NCBI GenBank assembly: GCA_041662665.1
Contig: JBAZSC010000002.1
Coordinates: 5,735-69,734, forward strand
DNA length: 64,000 nt
Direction of reading: 5' to 3'
Source: Patescibacteria group bacterium
GTDB taxonomy: Bacteria; Patescibacteriota; JABMPQ01; JAQVVF01
Every line of letters begins with the position of its first letter. Positions within the stretch are counted from its first letter, which is position 1. Below the pieces are notes generated by a model that worked only from the letters and a program-made list of their open reading frames with translations, had not been told where the DNA came from and ran no database searches. The position numbers and the translations under genes were made by a program. This document shows positions 30,038 through 39,908 of this stretch, piece by piece.

Positions 30038-32278
30038 ATGTCAAAACTAGTCATAGTTGAGTCTCCAACAAAAGCCCGCACAATCACTCGTTTTTTGCCA
30101 AAGAAAGATTACATTATTGAATCTTCCTATGGTCATATCCGCGATCTTCCCAAAGCTGAGCTTGGAGTTGATGTTGACAATAATTTTGAACCAAAATACA
30201 TTATTCCAACTAAAGCCAAAAAACAAGTCAGCATTCTTAAAAAAGAAACTAAAAAAGCTGATAGTGTTATACTTGCAACTGATGAAGACCGCGAAGGAGA
30301 AGCAATTGCTTGGCATTTGGTAAAAGCATTAGATCTTGATCAAGACAAAGCTGATCGCATTGTTTTTCATGAAATCACTGAAAAAGCAATTTTAAATGCT
30401 TTAAAAAAGCCAAGAAAAATTAATTTAAATTTAGTCGATGCTCAACAAGCAAGACGTGTTTTAGATCGATTGGTAGGTTATAAACTATCACCTTTTTTGT
30501 GGAAAAAAATTAGACGAGGATTATCAGCTGGACGTGTTCAATCTGTTGCAGTTCGCTTAATCGTTGACAAAGAAAGAGAAAGAGAAAAATTCAAAGAACA
30601 AGAATACTGGCAAATTGAAGCTGAATTAAAGAAGAAAGATGCTAAAGAAACATTTTTAGCCAGACTAATTAAAAAAGACGAAACTGTCTTTAAAAAACTC
30701 GATATTAAAAATCAAGAACAAGCAAACAAAATTGTCGCTGATCTTAATAATGCAAAATATTTAGTTTCCGATATCGTAAAAAAAGAAATCAAAAAGTCAC
30801 CAACTCCTCCATTCACAACAAGTACTTTGCAACAAGAAGCTTCCAAAAAATTAGGCTTTTCTGCTAAACAAACAATGATGTTGGCTCAACAATTGTATGA
30901 AGGTATTAATATTGATGGCAAATCAACAGGCTTAATTACTTACATGAGAACAGATTCTGTTAATTTAGCAGAAGATGCATTAGCAGAAGCAAAAAATGTT
31001 ATTGAACAAAAATTTAGTTCAGAGTACGCTCTACCTGAACCAAGACGTTTTAAGACAAAATCAAAAGGCGCTCAAGAAGCTCACGAAGCAATCAGGCCTA
31101 CTTCTTTTGCTAGAGTTCCTGATGAAATTCAAAACAATTTAGATCCAAAACAATATAAACTTTATCGCCTCATTTGGCAAAGAGCTCTTGCATGCCAAAT
31201 GCAACAAGCAACTTTAGATTCTGTTTCTGTTGATATCAAAGCAAAAAATTATACATTTAGATCTAATGGTTCAACTGTCAAATTTGCTGGTTTCTTAAAA
31301 GTTTATGCTCAAGATGGAAAATTACCACTTAAAGAAGTAATTTTGCCAGTATTAACAAAAGAAGAAAATCTAGATTTCATAAAATTATTACCAAGCAAGC
31401 ACATGACTGAACCGCCAGCTCGTTATTCTGAAGCAACTTTAATTAAAGCACTTGAAGAACAAGGCATTGGCCGTCCATCAACTTATGCACCAACAATATC
31501 TACAATTCAACTTCGTAATTATATTGCCAAAGACGAAAATCGCAAATTCTATCCTACTGAAGTCGGTATTTTAGTCAACGATCTTCTAGTCGAACATTTT
31601 CCTCAAATCGTTGATATCAAATTTACTGCTTTAATGGAAGATAGCTTAGATAAAATTGCCGAAGGCGAAAAAAAATGGCAACCTACTATCAAGGAATTTT
31701 ATGATCCATTTGCCAAAAATTTGAAAGAAAAAGAAAAAGAAGTCAAAAAATTTGAAGAAGAAACTGGCAAAAAATGCCCAAAATGCGGAAAACCAGTAGT
31801 CATCAAATACGGACGTTTTGGCAAATTCCAAGCTTGTTCTGGTTTTCCAGAATGTAAATTTGCTGAACCAATTGAATCAGAAAAGAAAGAAAAAGAAGAA
31901 CTAGAAAAAAAATATGCTGGCGAAAAATGTGAAAAATGTGGTTCATCCATGATCGTTAAACAAGGACGCTTCGGCCAATTCCTAGCTTGCTCTAAATATC
32001 CAGAATGTAAAACAACCAAGCCAATTGAAAAAGCAACTGGAGTCAAATGTCCAAAATGCGGTAAAGGCGATATTATTGAAAAAAGATCAAAAAGAGGAAA
32101 AACTTTCTTTGCCTGTAATAAATATCCTGAATGCAAAAATGCCTATTGGAGCAAACCAACTGGCGAAAAATGTCCAAAATGCCAATCCTTATTAGTCTTT
32201 GCTACTGACAAAAAAATAAAATGTTCCAGCAAAGAATGCGATTTCACAAAAGACCAGCCAGAAAAACAAGAAAAATAA
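30038..32278 (+). CDS. topA: DNA topoisomerase I with four C-terminal C4 zinc ribbons
   Basis: TOPRIM 'LVIVESPTKA', active-site region, four repeated 'CPKCG...C..PEC' ribbons. Confidence 0.9.
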   Translation: MSKLVIVESPTKARTITRFLPKKDYIIESSYGHIRDLPKAELGVDVDNNFEPKYIIPTKAKKQVSILKKETKKADSVILATDEDREGEAIAWHLVKALDLDQDKADRIVFHEITEKAILNALKKPRKINLNLVDAQQARRVLDRLVGYKLSPFLWKKIRRGLSAGRVQSVAVRLIVDKEREREKFKEQEYWQIEAELKKKDAKETFLARLIKKDETVFKKLDIKNQEQANKIVADLNNAKYLVSDIVKKEIKKSPTPPFTTSTLQQEASKKLGFSAKQTMMLAQQLYEGINIDGKSTGLITYMRTDSVNLAEDALAEAKNVIEQKFSSEYALPEPRRFKTKSKGAQEAHEAIRPTSFARVPDEIQNNLDPKQYKLYRLIWQRALACQMQQATLDSVSVDIKAKNYTFRSNGSTVKFAGFLKVYAQDGKLPLKEVILPVLTKEENLDFIKLLPSKHMTEPPARYSEATLIKALEEQGIGRPSTYAPTISTIQLRNYIAKDENRKFYPTEVGILVNDLLVEHFPQIVDIKFTALMEDSLDKIAEGEKKWQPTIKEFYDPFAKNLKEKEKEVKKFEEETGKKCPKCGKPVVIKYGRFGKFQACSGFPECKFAEPIESEKKEKEELEKKYAGEKCEKCGSSMIVKQGRFGQFLACSKYPECKTTKPIEKATGVKCPKCGKGDIIEKRSKRGKTFFACNKYPECKNAYWSKPTGEKCPKCQSLLVFATDKKIKCSSKECDFTKDQPEKQEK

Positions 32279-32284
32279 TTTCTA

Positions 32285-32308
32285 CCCTGCTAATAGCAGG
32301 GTTTTTTA
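32285..32308 (+). terminator. Rho-independent terminator of topA
   Basis: 'ccctgct-aat-agcaggg' followed by 'tttttt'. Confidence 0.7.
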
Positions 32309-32311
32309 TGA

Positions 32312-32337
32312 ATAAAAAAAATCACCTTTCAGGTGAT
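32312..32337 (-). terminator. Rho-independent terminator of the 32337-32888 gene
   Basis: 'atcacct-ttc-aggtgat' hairpin plus T-run on the minus strand, in a convergent arrangement. Confidence 0.6.
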
Positions 32338-32888
32338 CAACGAACTAAGTACGATTGAATTAACATTTTTTGACCAAAAACAAATTCATGTCTGATTGCC
32401 TCTATCGCTTGTTCTAAATTTTCTCCACTCTCTTCCGCCTTTTTCAACTGACTCGCTAATCTCAATAAATTTTCTCTTCTTTGCTTAAAGACCTTCACAT
32501 CGAACTTTCTTCCTAGATCAATTATCTCATTAAAAGTAACAATCATCATACCAAGCTTGTACTTTATATTCAGAATTTTATCATGAGACATCCTTTCAAA
32601 ATGCGCCTCTCGATTTCTTTCTTTCAAAAGATGATAAATAACAAATCCAAATGATGTGCAACCAATTAAAACTGGCAACAAAAGGATCTTGTATCCAAAA
32701 ATATCAGCTGTAAAAAGAAGAATTAAAGCTAGAATTAAAGCACAAAAAGTAACAATTAATGCAATCAATTTGTTCTTGTATTCAGGATCTGAAAATGATT
32801 TCTGATAAATAGTTTGTGCTTCTTCATATTCGTTATACACTCTTAACAATTCTGGATCGATTTCGATTGGCAATATTTTTTCTTCCAC
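32337..32888 (-). CDS. hypothetical membrane protein
   Basis: Two TM helices. A GTG start at 32888 is preferred (SD 'AGGAGGGGAAGGAAA'). The track uses a TTG at 32924. Confidence 0.5.
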   Translation of the reverse strand: MEEKILPIEIDPELLRVYNEYEEAQTIYQKSFSDPEYKNKLIALIVTFCALILALILLFTADIFGYKILLLPVLIGCTSFGFVIYHLLKERNREAHFERMSHDKILNIKYKLGMMIVTFNEIIDLGRKFDVKVFKQRRENLLRLASQLKKAEESGENLEQAIEAIRHEFVFGQKMLIQSYLVR

Positions 32889-33049
32889 TTTCCTTCCCCT
32901 CCTTGCTGTAAAGAACAACATCAAAATTTAACATAATCTGAAATTACTGTCAATGACAATATTTCCTAATTACTAGTAACTGGTTACTAATTACTAACTA
33001 CACAATTTGACTTGATGATTATTTAATTTTATGATAATACTATCTTGCT

Positions 33050-35200
33050 ATGGATACAAAACTTTTTTTCGACAAAGCAAAAATATTATATCAAGAAAAT
33101 GAGCTTGAACAAATCAAGAAGGCTTTCACTTTTGCCAATAATTGCCATGCTGGACAATTCCGCGAAAGCAAAGAGCCTTATATTACCCACCCTCTTAAAG
33201 TGGCTCTTTTTTTAATTGACATGAATCTTGATGCAACTACAATTATTGCAGCCTTACTTCATGATACAGTTGAAGATACATCAATCAAGCTCGAAGATAT
33301 TAAGAAAGAATTTGGCAATGAAGTTGCAAAATTAGTTTCAGGCGTTACAAAATTAAAACAAGCTGTTGTTTATCAAGAAAATATTAAAAGCTATTCCGCA
33401 GAAAATATCAGACGAATGTTTTTAGCTATGGCTCAAGACATTAGAGTTGTTCTAATTAAATTAGCTGATCGCTATCACAATATGGCTACTTTAAATTATA
33501 AAGAGCCAAAAAAAAGACAAGAAAAAGCGCGAGAAACATTAGATATTTATGCTCCATTAGCCAATCGTCTTTGCATGGGCGAATTAAAAGGACAATTGGA
33601 AGATTATGCCTTTCCGATTCTGATGCCAAATGAATACAATTGGGTCAAAAGTTTAACACAAAAGAAAATTGAAGAAAGAAAAAAATATATTAGCAAAGTA
33701 ATTATTGATCTAAAAAGAAAACTTAAAAACGCAAATATTGAATACATTGATATTCATGGACGTGCAAAACACTATTATAGTCTTTACAAAAAATTATTGC
33801 GCAATAATAAAAATATCAATGAAATTTATGATATCGTTGCTTTAAGAGTTGTCGTTAAAGATGTTCCAACATGCTACACAGTTTTAGGATTTATTCATCA
33901 AAACTGGCGACCATTAATTGGCAGAATTAAAGATTATATTGCTTTACCGAAAACAAATGGTTATCAATCAATTCATACAACTGTCATCAGACCTGATGGC
34001 GAGATCATTGAAATTCAAATTAAAACATCAAAAATGCATGAAGAAGCAGAATGCGGTATTGCTGCTCATTGGCAATATGACGAAGCTGGAAAACCCAAAA
34101 ATCCTGCTAGATTGCCAGCTGAAAAAATTGCTTGGATTAAAAAATTGACTGATTGGCAAAAAGAATTGCCGATCAAAAATCGTTCTGAAAAATTTGCCGA
34201 ATCTCTTAAAATTGATATTTTTAAAGACAGAATTTTTGCTTTTACTCCAAAAGGCGATGTCTTAGATTTACCAGAAAATGCCACGCCAATTGACTTTGCC
34301 TATCAAGTTCATACCGAAATTGGTCATCGTTGTAAGGAAGTTTGGATAAATGGACATATTGCATCGCTAGATAACAAAATTAAAAATGGCGACGTTGTAA
34401 ACATCATTACTTCATCTATTGCAAAGCCAAAAAGAGATTGGCTAACTTTTGCTAAAACAAGCATTGCTCAAAGCAAAATCAAAACTTGGTTCAAACAAGT
34501 TAATAAAGACAAAAATATTGCTTATGGTAAAAAAATCCTGAACAATGAACTTGCTCAACTTGGACACAAACCAATTGAAACTGTCCCAAAAAATAAAATA
34601 ACAAAAGCACTTCAAAAATTGAATTATATTGATTTAGATGGTTTATTTACCGCGTTAGGCGAAGGCGAAATTAATTTGAATCAAGTTATTAAAGCTGTTT
34701 ATGAAGAAAAAGATATTCTAAAAAAAGATGACAAACAATTCCTTTTCTTCAAAAAAGAGCCTCAACCTCGTGCAATAATTTCCGACACAGGAGGATTTTT
34801 AACAAAAATTGCCAAATGTTGCAATCCAACGATTAATGACAAAATTAAAGCTCATATTACAAGATCTGAAGGAGCAAGTATTCACAAATATAATTGCAAA
34901 GAATTAAAAAAACCAGACCAAGGAAGAATAGTTGATGCTTGTTGGGACCAAGATCTTAAAGAAAATTATCATGCAAAGATTGAAGTCGAAAGTTTAAATC
35001 GCATTGGTATGATCAAAGATATTGCCACACTTTTATCTAATTTTGGAGTAAATATTGAAAACTTTCATTCAAAATCAAATCCAAAAAAAGACACCTTTAT
35101 TATGTGTCTTCATCTTGAAATAAAAAACCTCGATCAGTTTTTCGAGGTTTTACACGAAGTATCAAAAATTGAAGGAATAATTGACGTACGAAGGATTTAA
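33050..35200 (+). CDS. rel: bifunctional (p)ppGpp synthetase/hydrolase (RelA/SpoT homolog)
   Basis: HD domain 'HDTVEDT', synthetase domain, TGS and C-terminal ACT-like domain. Confidence 0.9.
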   Translation: MDTKLFFDKAKILYQENELEQIKKAFTFANNCHAGQFRESKEPYITHPLKVALFLIDMNLDATTIIAALLHDTVEDTSIKLEDIKKEFGNEVAKLVSGVTKLKQAVVYQENIKSYSAENIRRMFLAMAQDIRVVLIKLADRYHNMATLNYKEPKKRQEKARETLDIYAPLANRLCMGELKGQLEDYAFPILMPNEYNWVKSLTQKKIEERKKYISKVIIDLKRKLKNANIEYIDIHGRAKHYYSLYKKLLRNNKNINEIYDIVALRVVVKDVPTCYTVLGFIHQNWRPLIGRIKDYIALPKTNGYQSIHTTVIRPDGEIIEIQIKTSKMHEEAECGIAAHWQYDEAGKPKNPARLPAEKIAWIKKLTDWQKELPIKNRSEKFAESLKIDIFKDRIFAFTPKGDVLDLPENATPIDFAYQVHTEIGHRCKEVWINGHIASLDNKIKNGDVVNIITSSIAKPKRDWLTFAKTSIAQSKIKTWFKQVNKDKNIAYGKKILNNELAQLGHKPIETVPKNKITKALQKLNYIDLDGLFTALGEGEINLNQVIKAVYEEKDILKKDDKQFLFFKKEPQPRAIISDTGGFLTKIAKCCNPTINDKIKAHITRSEGASIHKYNCKELKKPDQGRIVDACWDQDLKENYHAKIEVESLNRIGMIKDIATLLSNFGVNIENFHSKSNPKKDTFIMCLHLEIKNLDQFFEVLHEVSKIEGIIDVRRI

Positions 35201-35244
35201 AAAATTTATCTGTGTATCTGTGTAAATTAGTTAAGTTATCTGTT

Positions 35245-36168
35245 TCAGATCTGTGGCTTTCCTGCTATAACTTCCATAATATTTCCTAACTCTTCTTCAG
35301 AAAAGAAATCAACTATAACTTTACCAGATTTACCAGTCTTCTTGATTTCTACCTTAGTTCCTAGAGATTGGGCTAAACGCTCCTCATAATCCATAATTAG
35401 AGGAGTTTTTTGACTGAATGATCTAACATGATCTTTTACTTTTACTTTTTTCGCACCACTTTCAGAAGCCCGAACACTCAAATTGTTCAACAAAATACTC
35501 TTAAATAATTTCAATTGTTCTTCCTCTGTCTTCAAACCCAAAATAGCTTTTGCATGTCCAAAACTAATTTTCTTATCAAAAATTGCTTTTTGAATTTCTT
35601 GAGGCAAAGTTAATAATCTTAAAGTATTTGTAATAAACGCTCTGCTCTTGCCAACTTTTTTAGCTACATCCTCTTGTTTTAAATTGAATTCATCAATTAA
35701 ACTGCTGTATGCCAAAGCTTCTTCCATCGGATTTAAATCTTGTCTTTGAACATTCTCTACCAAAGCCATTTCTAATTTCTGTTGCTCATTTAGTTCTCTT
35801 ACAATTACCGGAACTTGCTTTAAACCAGCCAACTTTGATGCCTGCAATCTTCTCTCACCTGCTAAAAGCTGATATTGATTATCAAAAACTTTTGTCGCAA
35901 TCAATGGCTGTAAAATTCCATGAATTTTAATTGATTCTGCCAATTCTTTTAATTGCTGTTCATCAAAATATTTTCTTGGCTGATGCGGATTTGGTTCAAT
36001 AAATTTTGTATCAACTAAAACAACAGATTCACTCAAAGCTGGTGAAAACTTTTTCAAACGTTCAACTGTTTTTACATCAGTATCTTTTTTTTGATTATCT
36101 TTAACAAATTGATTTTTCTTCAATGGAATCAATGACTCCAAACCTCGTCCTAAACTCTTATTTAACAT
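35245..36168 (-). CDS. parB: chromosome partitioning protein ParB/Spo0J
   Basis: 'IEPNPHQPRKYFDEQQLKELAESIKIHGILQPL' ParB box. Confidence 0.85.
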   Translation of the reverse strand: MLNKSLGRGLESLIPLKKNQFVKDNQKKDTDVKTVERLKKFSPALSESVVLVDTKFIEPNPHQPRKYFDEQQLKELAESIKIHGILQPLIATKVFDNQYQLLAGERRLQASKLAGLKQVPVIVRELNEQQKLEMALVENVQRQDLNPMEEALAYSSLIDEFNLKQEDVAKKVGKSRAFITNTLRLLTLPQEIQKAIFDKKISFGHAKAILGLKTEEEQLKLFKSILLNNLSVRASESGAKKVKVKDHVRSFSQKTPLIMDYEERLAQSLGTKVEIKKTGKSGKVIVDFFSEEELGNIMEVIAGKPQI

Positions 36169-36278
36169 AAATTTTTTATTTTAACAATTTTACTTTTTTA
36201 TCAGCTTATTAATTTTATCAATTTTATTATTTTTATCGTTTATTAATTTTACTTAGTTTTACTAATTTTATTTTCGTT

Positions 36279-36300
36279 TAGTCTAACCAGTCTAACTTAT
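36279..36300. repeat. 'tagtctaaccagtctaac' element downstream of parA (copy 1)
   Basis: 17 of 18 nt identical to the 18-mer at 39882-39899 (both loci written out directly in the notes), plus 'tctaac' reiterations. Confidence 0.5.
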
Positions 36301-37089
36301 CTAACTTCGTTCTAATGTAACTTTTGCTTCATTCAGCACTTCAACTACTTCTTTACCAAGTCCGCGATACGCTCTCGCACCCTTAGACCAAGACGCATAT
36401 TGTAATATAGATTTTCCAAAACTTGGAGCTTCAGCTAATCTTACATTTCGAGGAATTATTGAATCAAAAACTCTAAATGGAAATTTTGTCCTAACTTCAG
36501 ATACAACTTCTTCCGATAATTTAATTCTTCGATCATGCATTGTTAATAATACTCCTAATATTTCCAAATTTGGCTGTAAATTGTCTTTTATTAGTTGAAT
36601 TGTTTTTAATAACTGTCCTAAACCTTCCAATGCATAATACTCACATTGTACTGGAATTAAAACATAATTTGAAGCAACTAAACTGTTAATTGTCAATAAA
36701 CCTAAAGATGGAGGACAATCAATCAAGATAAATTCAAAAAAATCTAATTTTTCTAAAGCAGTTTTTAATCTAAATTCTCGATCACTTACATTCACTAATT
36801 CAATCGTTGCTGCAGCAAGAGCCTGACTTGCTGGCAACACAAAAAGATTTTTAACAACTGATTCCTGAATTACCTCTTTAATTTCTGCTTTTTCTGTTAA
36901 AACATCATAAATCCCTCTTGTTTTTTCATTAACTTCCAATCCCACTCCAGAGCTTGCATTACCCTGTGGATCAAAGTCAACGATTAATACCTTCTTTCCC
37001 ATTTCAGCCAAAGCAGCAGCAAAATTAATTGTTGTAGTTGTTTTTCCCGTTCCACCTTTTTGATTTACAATTGATATTATATTTGACAT
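36301..37089 (-). CDS. parA: chromosome partitioning ATPase ParA/Soj
   Basis: Deviant Walker A 'NQKGGTGKTTTT'. Confidence 0.9.
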   Translation of the reverse strand: MSNIISIVNQKGGTGKTTTTINFAAALAEMGKKVLIVDFDPQGNASSGVGLEVNEKTRGIYDVLTEKAEIKEVIQESVVKNLFVLPASQALAAATIELVNVSDREFRLKTALEKLDFFEFILIDCPPSLGLLTINSLVASNYVLIPVQCEYYALEGLGQLLKTIQLIKDNLQPNLEILGVLLTMHDRRIKLSEEVVSEVRTKFPFRVFDSIIPRNVRLAEAPSFGKSILQYASWSKGARAYRGLGKEVVEVLNEAKVTLERS

Positions 37090-37122
37090 ATGTGTATATA
37101 ATCATACTATAATTATTTCAAA

Positions 37123-37151
37123 TTGACAACAACGTAAATTCAAGATAAAAT
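37123..37151 (+). promoter_or_regulatory. sigma70-like promoter for tRNA-Leu
   Basis: TTGACA - 17 nt - TAAAAT, about 25 nt upstream of the tRNA 5' end. Confidence 0.45.
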
Positions 37152-37176
37152 TGATTTAAAGAATTTTTATTTTTAC

Positions 37177-37258
37177 GCCGAAGTGGCGGAATGGTTTACG
37201 CGCACGACTCAAAATCGTGTGGACTCTGTCCATAAGGGTTCGACTCCCTTCTTCGGCA
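37177..37258 (+). tRNA. tRNA-Leu (anticodon CAA), class II with a long variable arm; CCA not encoded
   Basis: Acceptor stem gccgaag/cttcggc, anticodon stem cacga/tcgtg, loop cTCAAaa, T-loop 'ggttcgactcc', discriminator A. Confidence 0.85.
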
Positions 37259-37264
37259 TTTTAA

Positions 37265-37852
37265 ATGAATAAAAAAGTTCTAAATTCAAACAAAGAATTA
37301 CAAGCTTATATTATTGGAATAGCCTTGGGCGACGGTAATCTATCCAATCCAAATGGCAGAGCAACAAGGTTAAGGATATTCTGCGACACAAAATATCCTT
37401 TTTTAATTAAAAAAATTTCTAAATCTTTACAAAAACTATTACCATCAAATAAAGTTAGTACTAGCTATAGTAAATTTGAAAATTGTGCAACCATTAGTTG
37501 CTACTCAAATTATTGGCCAAAATTATTAGGTTGGCAAGCTAAAGAAGGCTCAAAATTTAAACAAAAAGTATTTATACCAAATTGGATAAGAGAAAACAAA
37601 CAATATACGATAAACTATATAAGAGGTCTAATTGAAACTGATGGTAGTATCTATCTAGATCGAAAATATAAAACAATGATGTTCGTTTCCAATATTTCAA
37701 ATCTAGCTAATGATTTTTTCAAGTGCGTTATATCTTTAAACTATAAGCCTCGATTCTATAAAATAAAACAAGATAATAAGGCAATATATCATATCAGATT
37801 ATGTAAAAAAATTGATGAATTCCTAAACCTTGTTAAACCAGAAAAAAGATAA
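37265..37852 (+). CDS. LAGLIDADG homing endonuclease (two-motif, free-standing)
   Basis: Motifs 'IIGIALGDGNLS' and 'IRGLIETDGSIY'. It starts 7 nt after the tRNA. Confidence 0.75.
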   Translation: MNKKVLNSNKELQAYIIGIALGDGNLSNPNGRATRLRIFCDTKYPFLIKKISKSLQKLLPSNKVSTSYSKFENCATISCYSNYWPKLLGWQAKEGSKFKQKVFIPNWIRENKQYTINYIRGLIETDGSIYLDRKYKTMMFVSNISNLANDFFKCVISLNYKPRFYKIKQDNKAIYHIRLCKKIDEFLNLVKPEKR

Positions 37853-37854
37853 TC

Positions 37855-37881
37855 AAAAACGACTCACGCGAGCCGTTTTTT
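37855..37881. terminator. bidirectional terminator hairpin between the LAGLIDADG gene and glyA
   Basis: 'aaaaacg-actcacgcgagc-cgttttt', with an A-run and a T-run flanking. Confidence 0.5.
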
Positions 37882-37909
37882 GTTATTTAGTTATTTTGTA
37901 ATTTAAAAT

Positions 37910-39145
37910 TTATTTCATTCCCGGCATCTCAAACTTCCCACACAACTTTTTGACTTCATATTTAATCCTTTTTAACACTTTTTCATTGTTAACATTCTCG
38001 CTAACCTCTTTCATCCATTCTGCAATAATTTTCATCTCTCTTTCTTTCGTACCTAAGGTAGTTACAGCTGGCGTTCCAATTCTTATTCCAGATGGATCAA
38101 AAGGCGAACGTTTGTCATAAGGCACAGTATTAGCATTACATTCAATTCCTGCCTTAATCAAAGCAGATGACATCTGTTTGCCAGATAAATTTTTGTTAGT
38201 CATATCAATCAAAATCAAATGATTGTCAGTTCCACCTGTTACCAAATCAAAATCATAATTTAATAATTCTGTAGCCAAAGCTTGAGCATTTTTAATAATT
38301 TGTTTGGCATAATTTTTGAACTTTGAAGTACTTGCCTCTTTCAATGCTACCGCAATCGCTGCTGTTGTATTATCATGTGGTCCGCCTTGAAGGCCAGGAA
38401 ATACTGCTCTATCAATTGCTTTTGCGTGTTTTTCCTTACACATAATCATTGCTCCTCTTGGTCCTCGCAAAGATTTGTGTGTTGTCGTTGTTACAACATC
38501 AGCATAAGGAACTGGACTTTGATGAAGATTTGCTGCAACTAAGCCAGAAATATGGGCAATATCAGCCAAAAACAATGCATTAACCGAATCGGCAATTTCT
38601 TTGAATTTTTTAAAATCAATTTTTCTAGGATAAGCAGTCGCACCAGCAACAATTATCCTTGGTTTTTCTTGTTTTGCCAAGCTTAAAATTTTGTCATAAT
38701 CTAACAATTTTGTTTTTTCATCAACAGTATACTGAACTGCACTAAAAAATTTCGCAGTAGCTGACACTTTCCAACCATGCGTCAAATGTCCGCCATGTGG
38801 CAAACTCATTCCCATTATTTTTTCACCTGGTTTTAATAAAGCAAAATAGACTGCCAAATTAGCTGGAGAGCCAGAATATGGCTGAACATTAACATGATCT
38901 GCTCTGAACAACTTTTTTGCTCGGCTTATTGCTTCCTCTTCAATTTGATCAATAAACTCTTGTCCTTCATAATATCTTTTTCTAGCATAGCCTTCAGAAT
39001 ATTTATTTGTCAAAATTGAACCAGTTGCTTCTAAAACTGCTTTGGAAACATAATTTTCCGAAGGAATTAATCTAATTGATTCAGCTTGCCTTTTTTCTTC
39101 TTGCTTAATCAACTTATAAATTTTTGGATCCGTCTTTTTTAGCAT
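37910..39145 (-). CDS. glyA: serine hydroxymethyltransferase
   Basis: PLP-lysine region 'TTTTHKSLRGPRG'; overall SHMT architecture. Confidence 0.9.
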   Translation of the reverse strand: MLKKTDPKIYKLIKQEEKRQAESIRLIPSENYVSKAVLEATGSILTNKYSEGYARKRYYEGQEFIDQIEEEAISRAKKLFRADHVNVQPYSGSPANLAVYFALLKPGEKIMGMSLPHGGHLTHGWKVSATAKFFSAVQYTVDEKTKLLDYDKILSLAKQEKPRIIVAGATAYPRKIDFKKFKEIADSVNALFLADIAHISGLVAANLHQSPVPYADVVTTTTHKSLRGPRGAMIMCKEKHAKAIDRAVFPGLQGGPHDNTTAAIAVALKEASTSKFKNYAKQIIKNAQALATELLNYDFDLVTGGTDNHLILIDMTNKNLSGKQMSSALIKAGIECNANTVPYDKRSPFDPSGIRIGTPAVTTLGTKEREMKIIAEWMKEVSENVNNEKVLKRIKYEVKKLCGKFEMPGMK

Positions 39146-39238
39146 AATTTTTTTCGTTAATTTCTAATATCCGAATATCTTATTTATAAACAAAATTTTA
39201 AAAAATTAACCAGAACTAAGAAAAAACGAGAAATAGAT

Positions 39239-39868
39239 CTAATATTTAATATTCAATATCCGAATATCCCCTTGTCTCAAAATCTTAACTTTTTCTCCAG
39301 TTAAATCAATAACAGTAGAAATACACCCAAAATTTAATTTTCCGCCATCAATCACCAAATCTGGTTGTTTTTCTTTATTAGTAAACTGAGCTTTAATCTC
39401 GTCAACAGAATAACAAGCTTTTTCATTGGCAATATTTGCGCTTGTTGCTGTCACTGGAAAATCAACATTCTCCATAATCTTTTTAATTATATCATTATTT
39501 GAAATTCTAATTCCTAAACTATTTTTAACAAATGGCATTTTCTTTTTTACCTTCAAAACTAAAGTCAAAGGACCAGGCAAATATTTTTCAGCTAATCTCA
39601 TCGCTTCACCATTAAATTCAACATATTTTTTTGCCATCTCAATATCTCTCATAAAGACTGACAATTCTTTGCTAATTTCTCGCTGTTTAATTTCAAAAAC
39701 TTTTTTTACAGCCTCATCACTCAAAGCATTAGCTAATAATCCATACGCGGTTTCAGTCGGCGCAACAATAACTTTATTATTTTTCAAATATTCAATAATT
39801 TCCAAAATATTTATCTCAGCTAATTTTATTATATTCATAAACAATTTAACAATATAACAATGAAGCAA
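39239..39868 (-). CDS. tsaC: L-threonylcarbamoyladenylate synthase (YrdC/Sua5 domain)
   Basis: 'VIVAPTETAYGLLANALSDEAVKKVFEIKQR'. Confidence 0.75.
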   Translation of the reverse strand: MLHCYIVKLFMNIIKLAEINILEIIEYLKNNKVIVAPTETAYGLLANALSDEAVKKVFEIKQREISKELSVFMRDIEMAKKYVEFNGEAMRLAEKYLPGPLTLVLKVKKKMPFVKNSLGIRISNNDIIKKIMENVDFPVTATSANIANEKACYSVDEIKAQFTNKEKQPDLVIDGGKLNFGCISTVIDLTGEKVKILRQGDIRILNIKY

Positions 39869-39880
39869 TTTAACAATTAA

Positions 39881-39908
39881 CTAGTCTAACCAATCTAACC
39901 AATTTAAC
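39881..39908. repeat. 'tagtctaaccaatctaacc' element (copy 2)
   Basis: Its 18-mer 39882-39899 matches the 36279-36296 18-mer at 17 of 18 positions. It lies immediately 3' of a minus-strand gene's stop. Confidence 0.5.

Noticed and set aside
37177-37258. A group I intron within tRNA-Leu hosting the LAGLIDADG ORF.
   Set aside because: The tRNA cloverleaf is contiguous and complete, including an intact anticodon loop. The endonuclease ORF begins after the 3' end of the tRNA.
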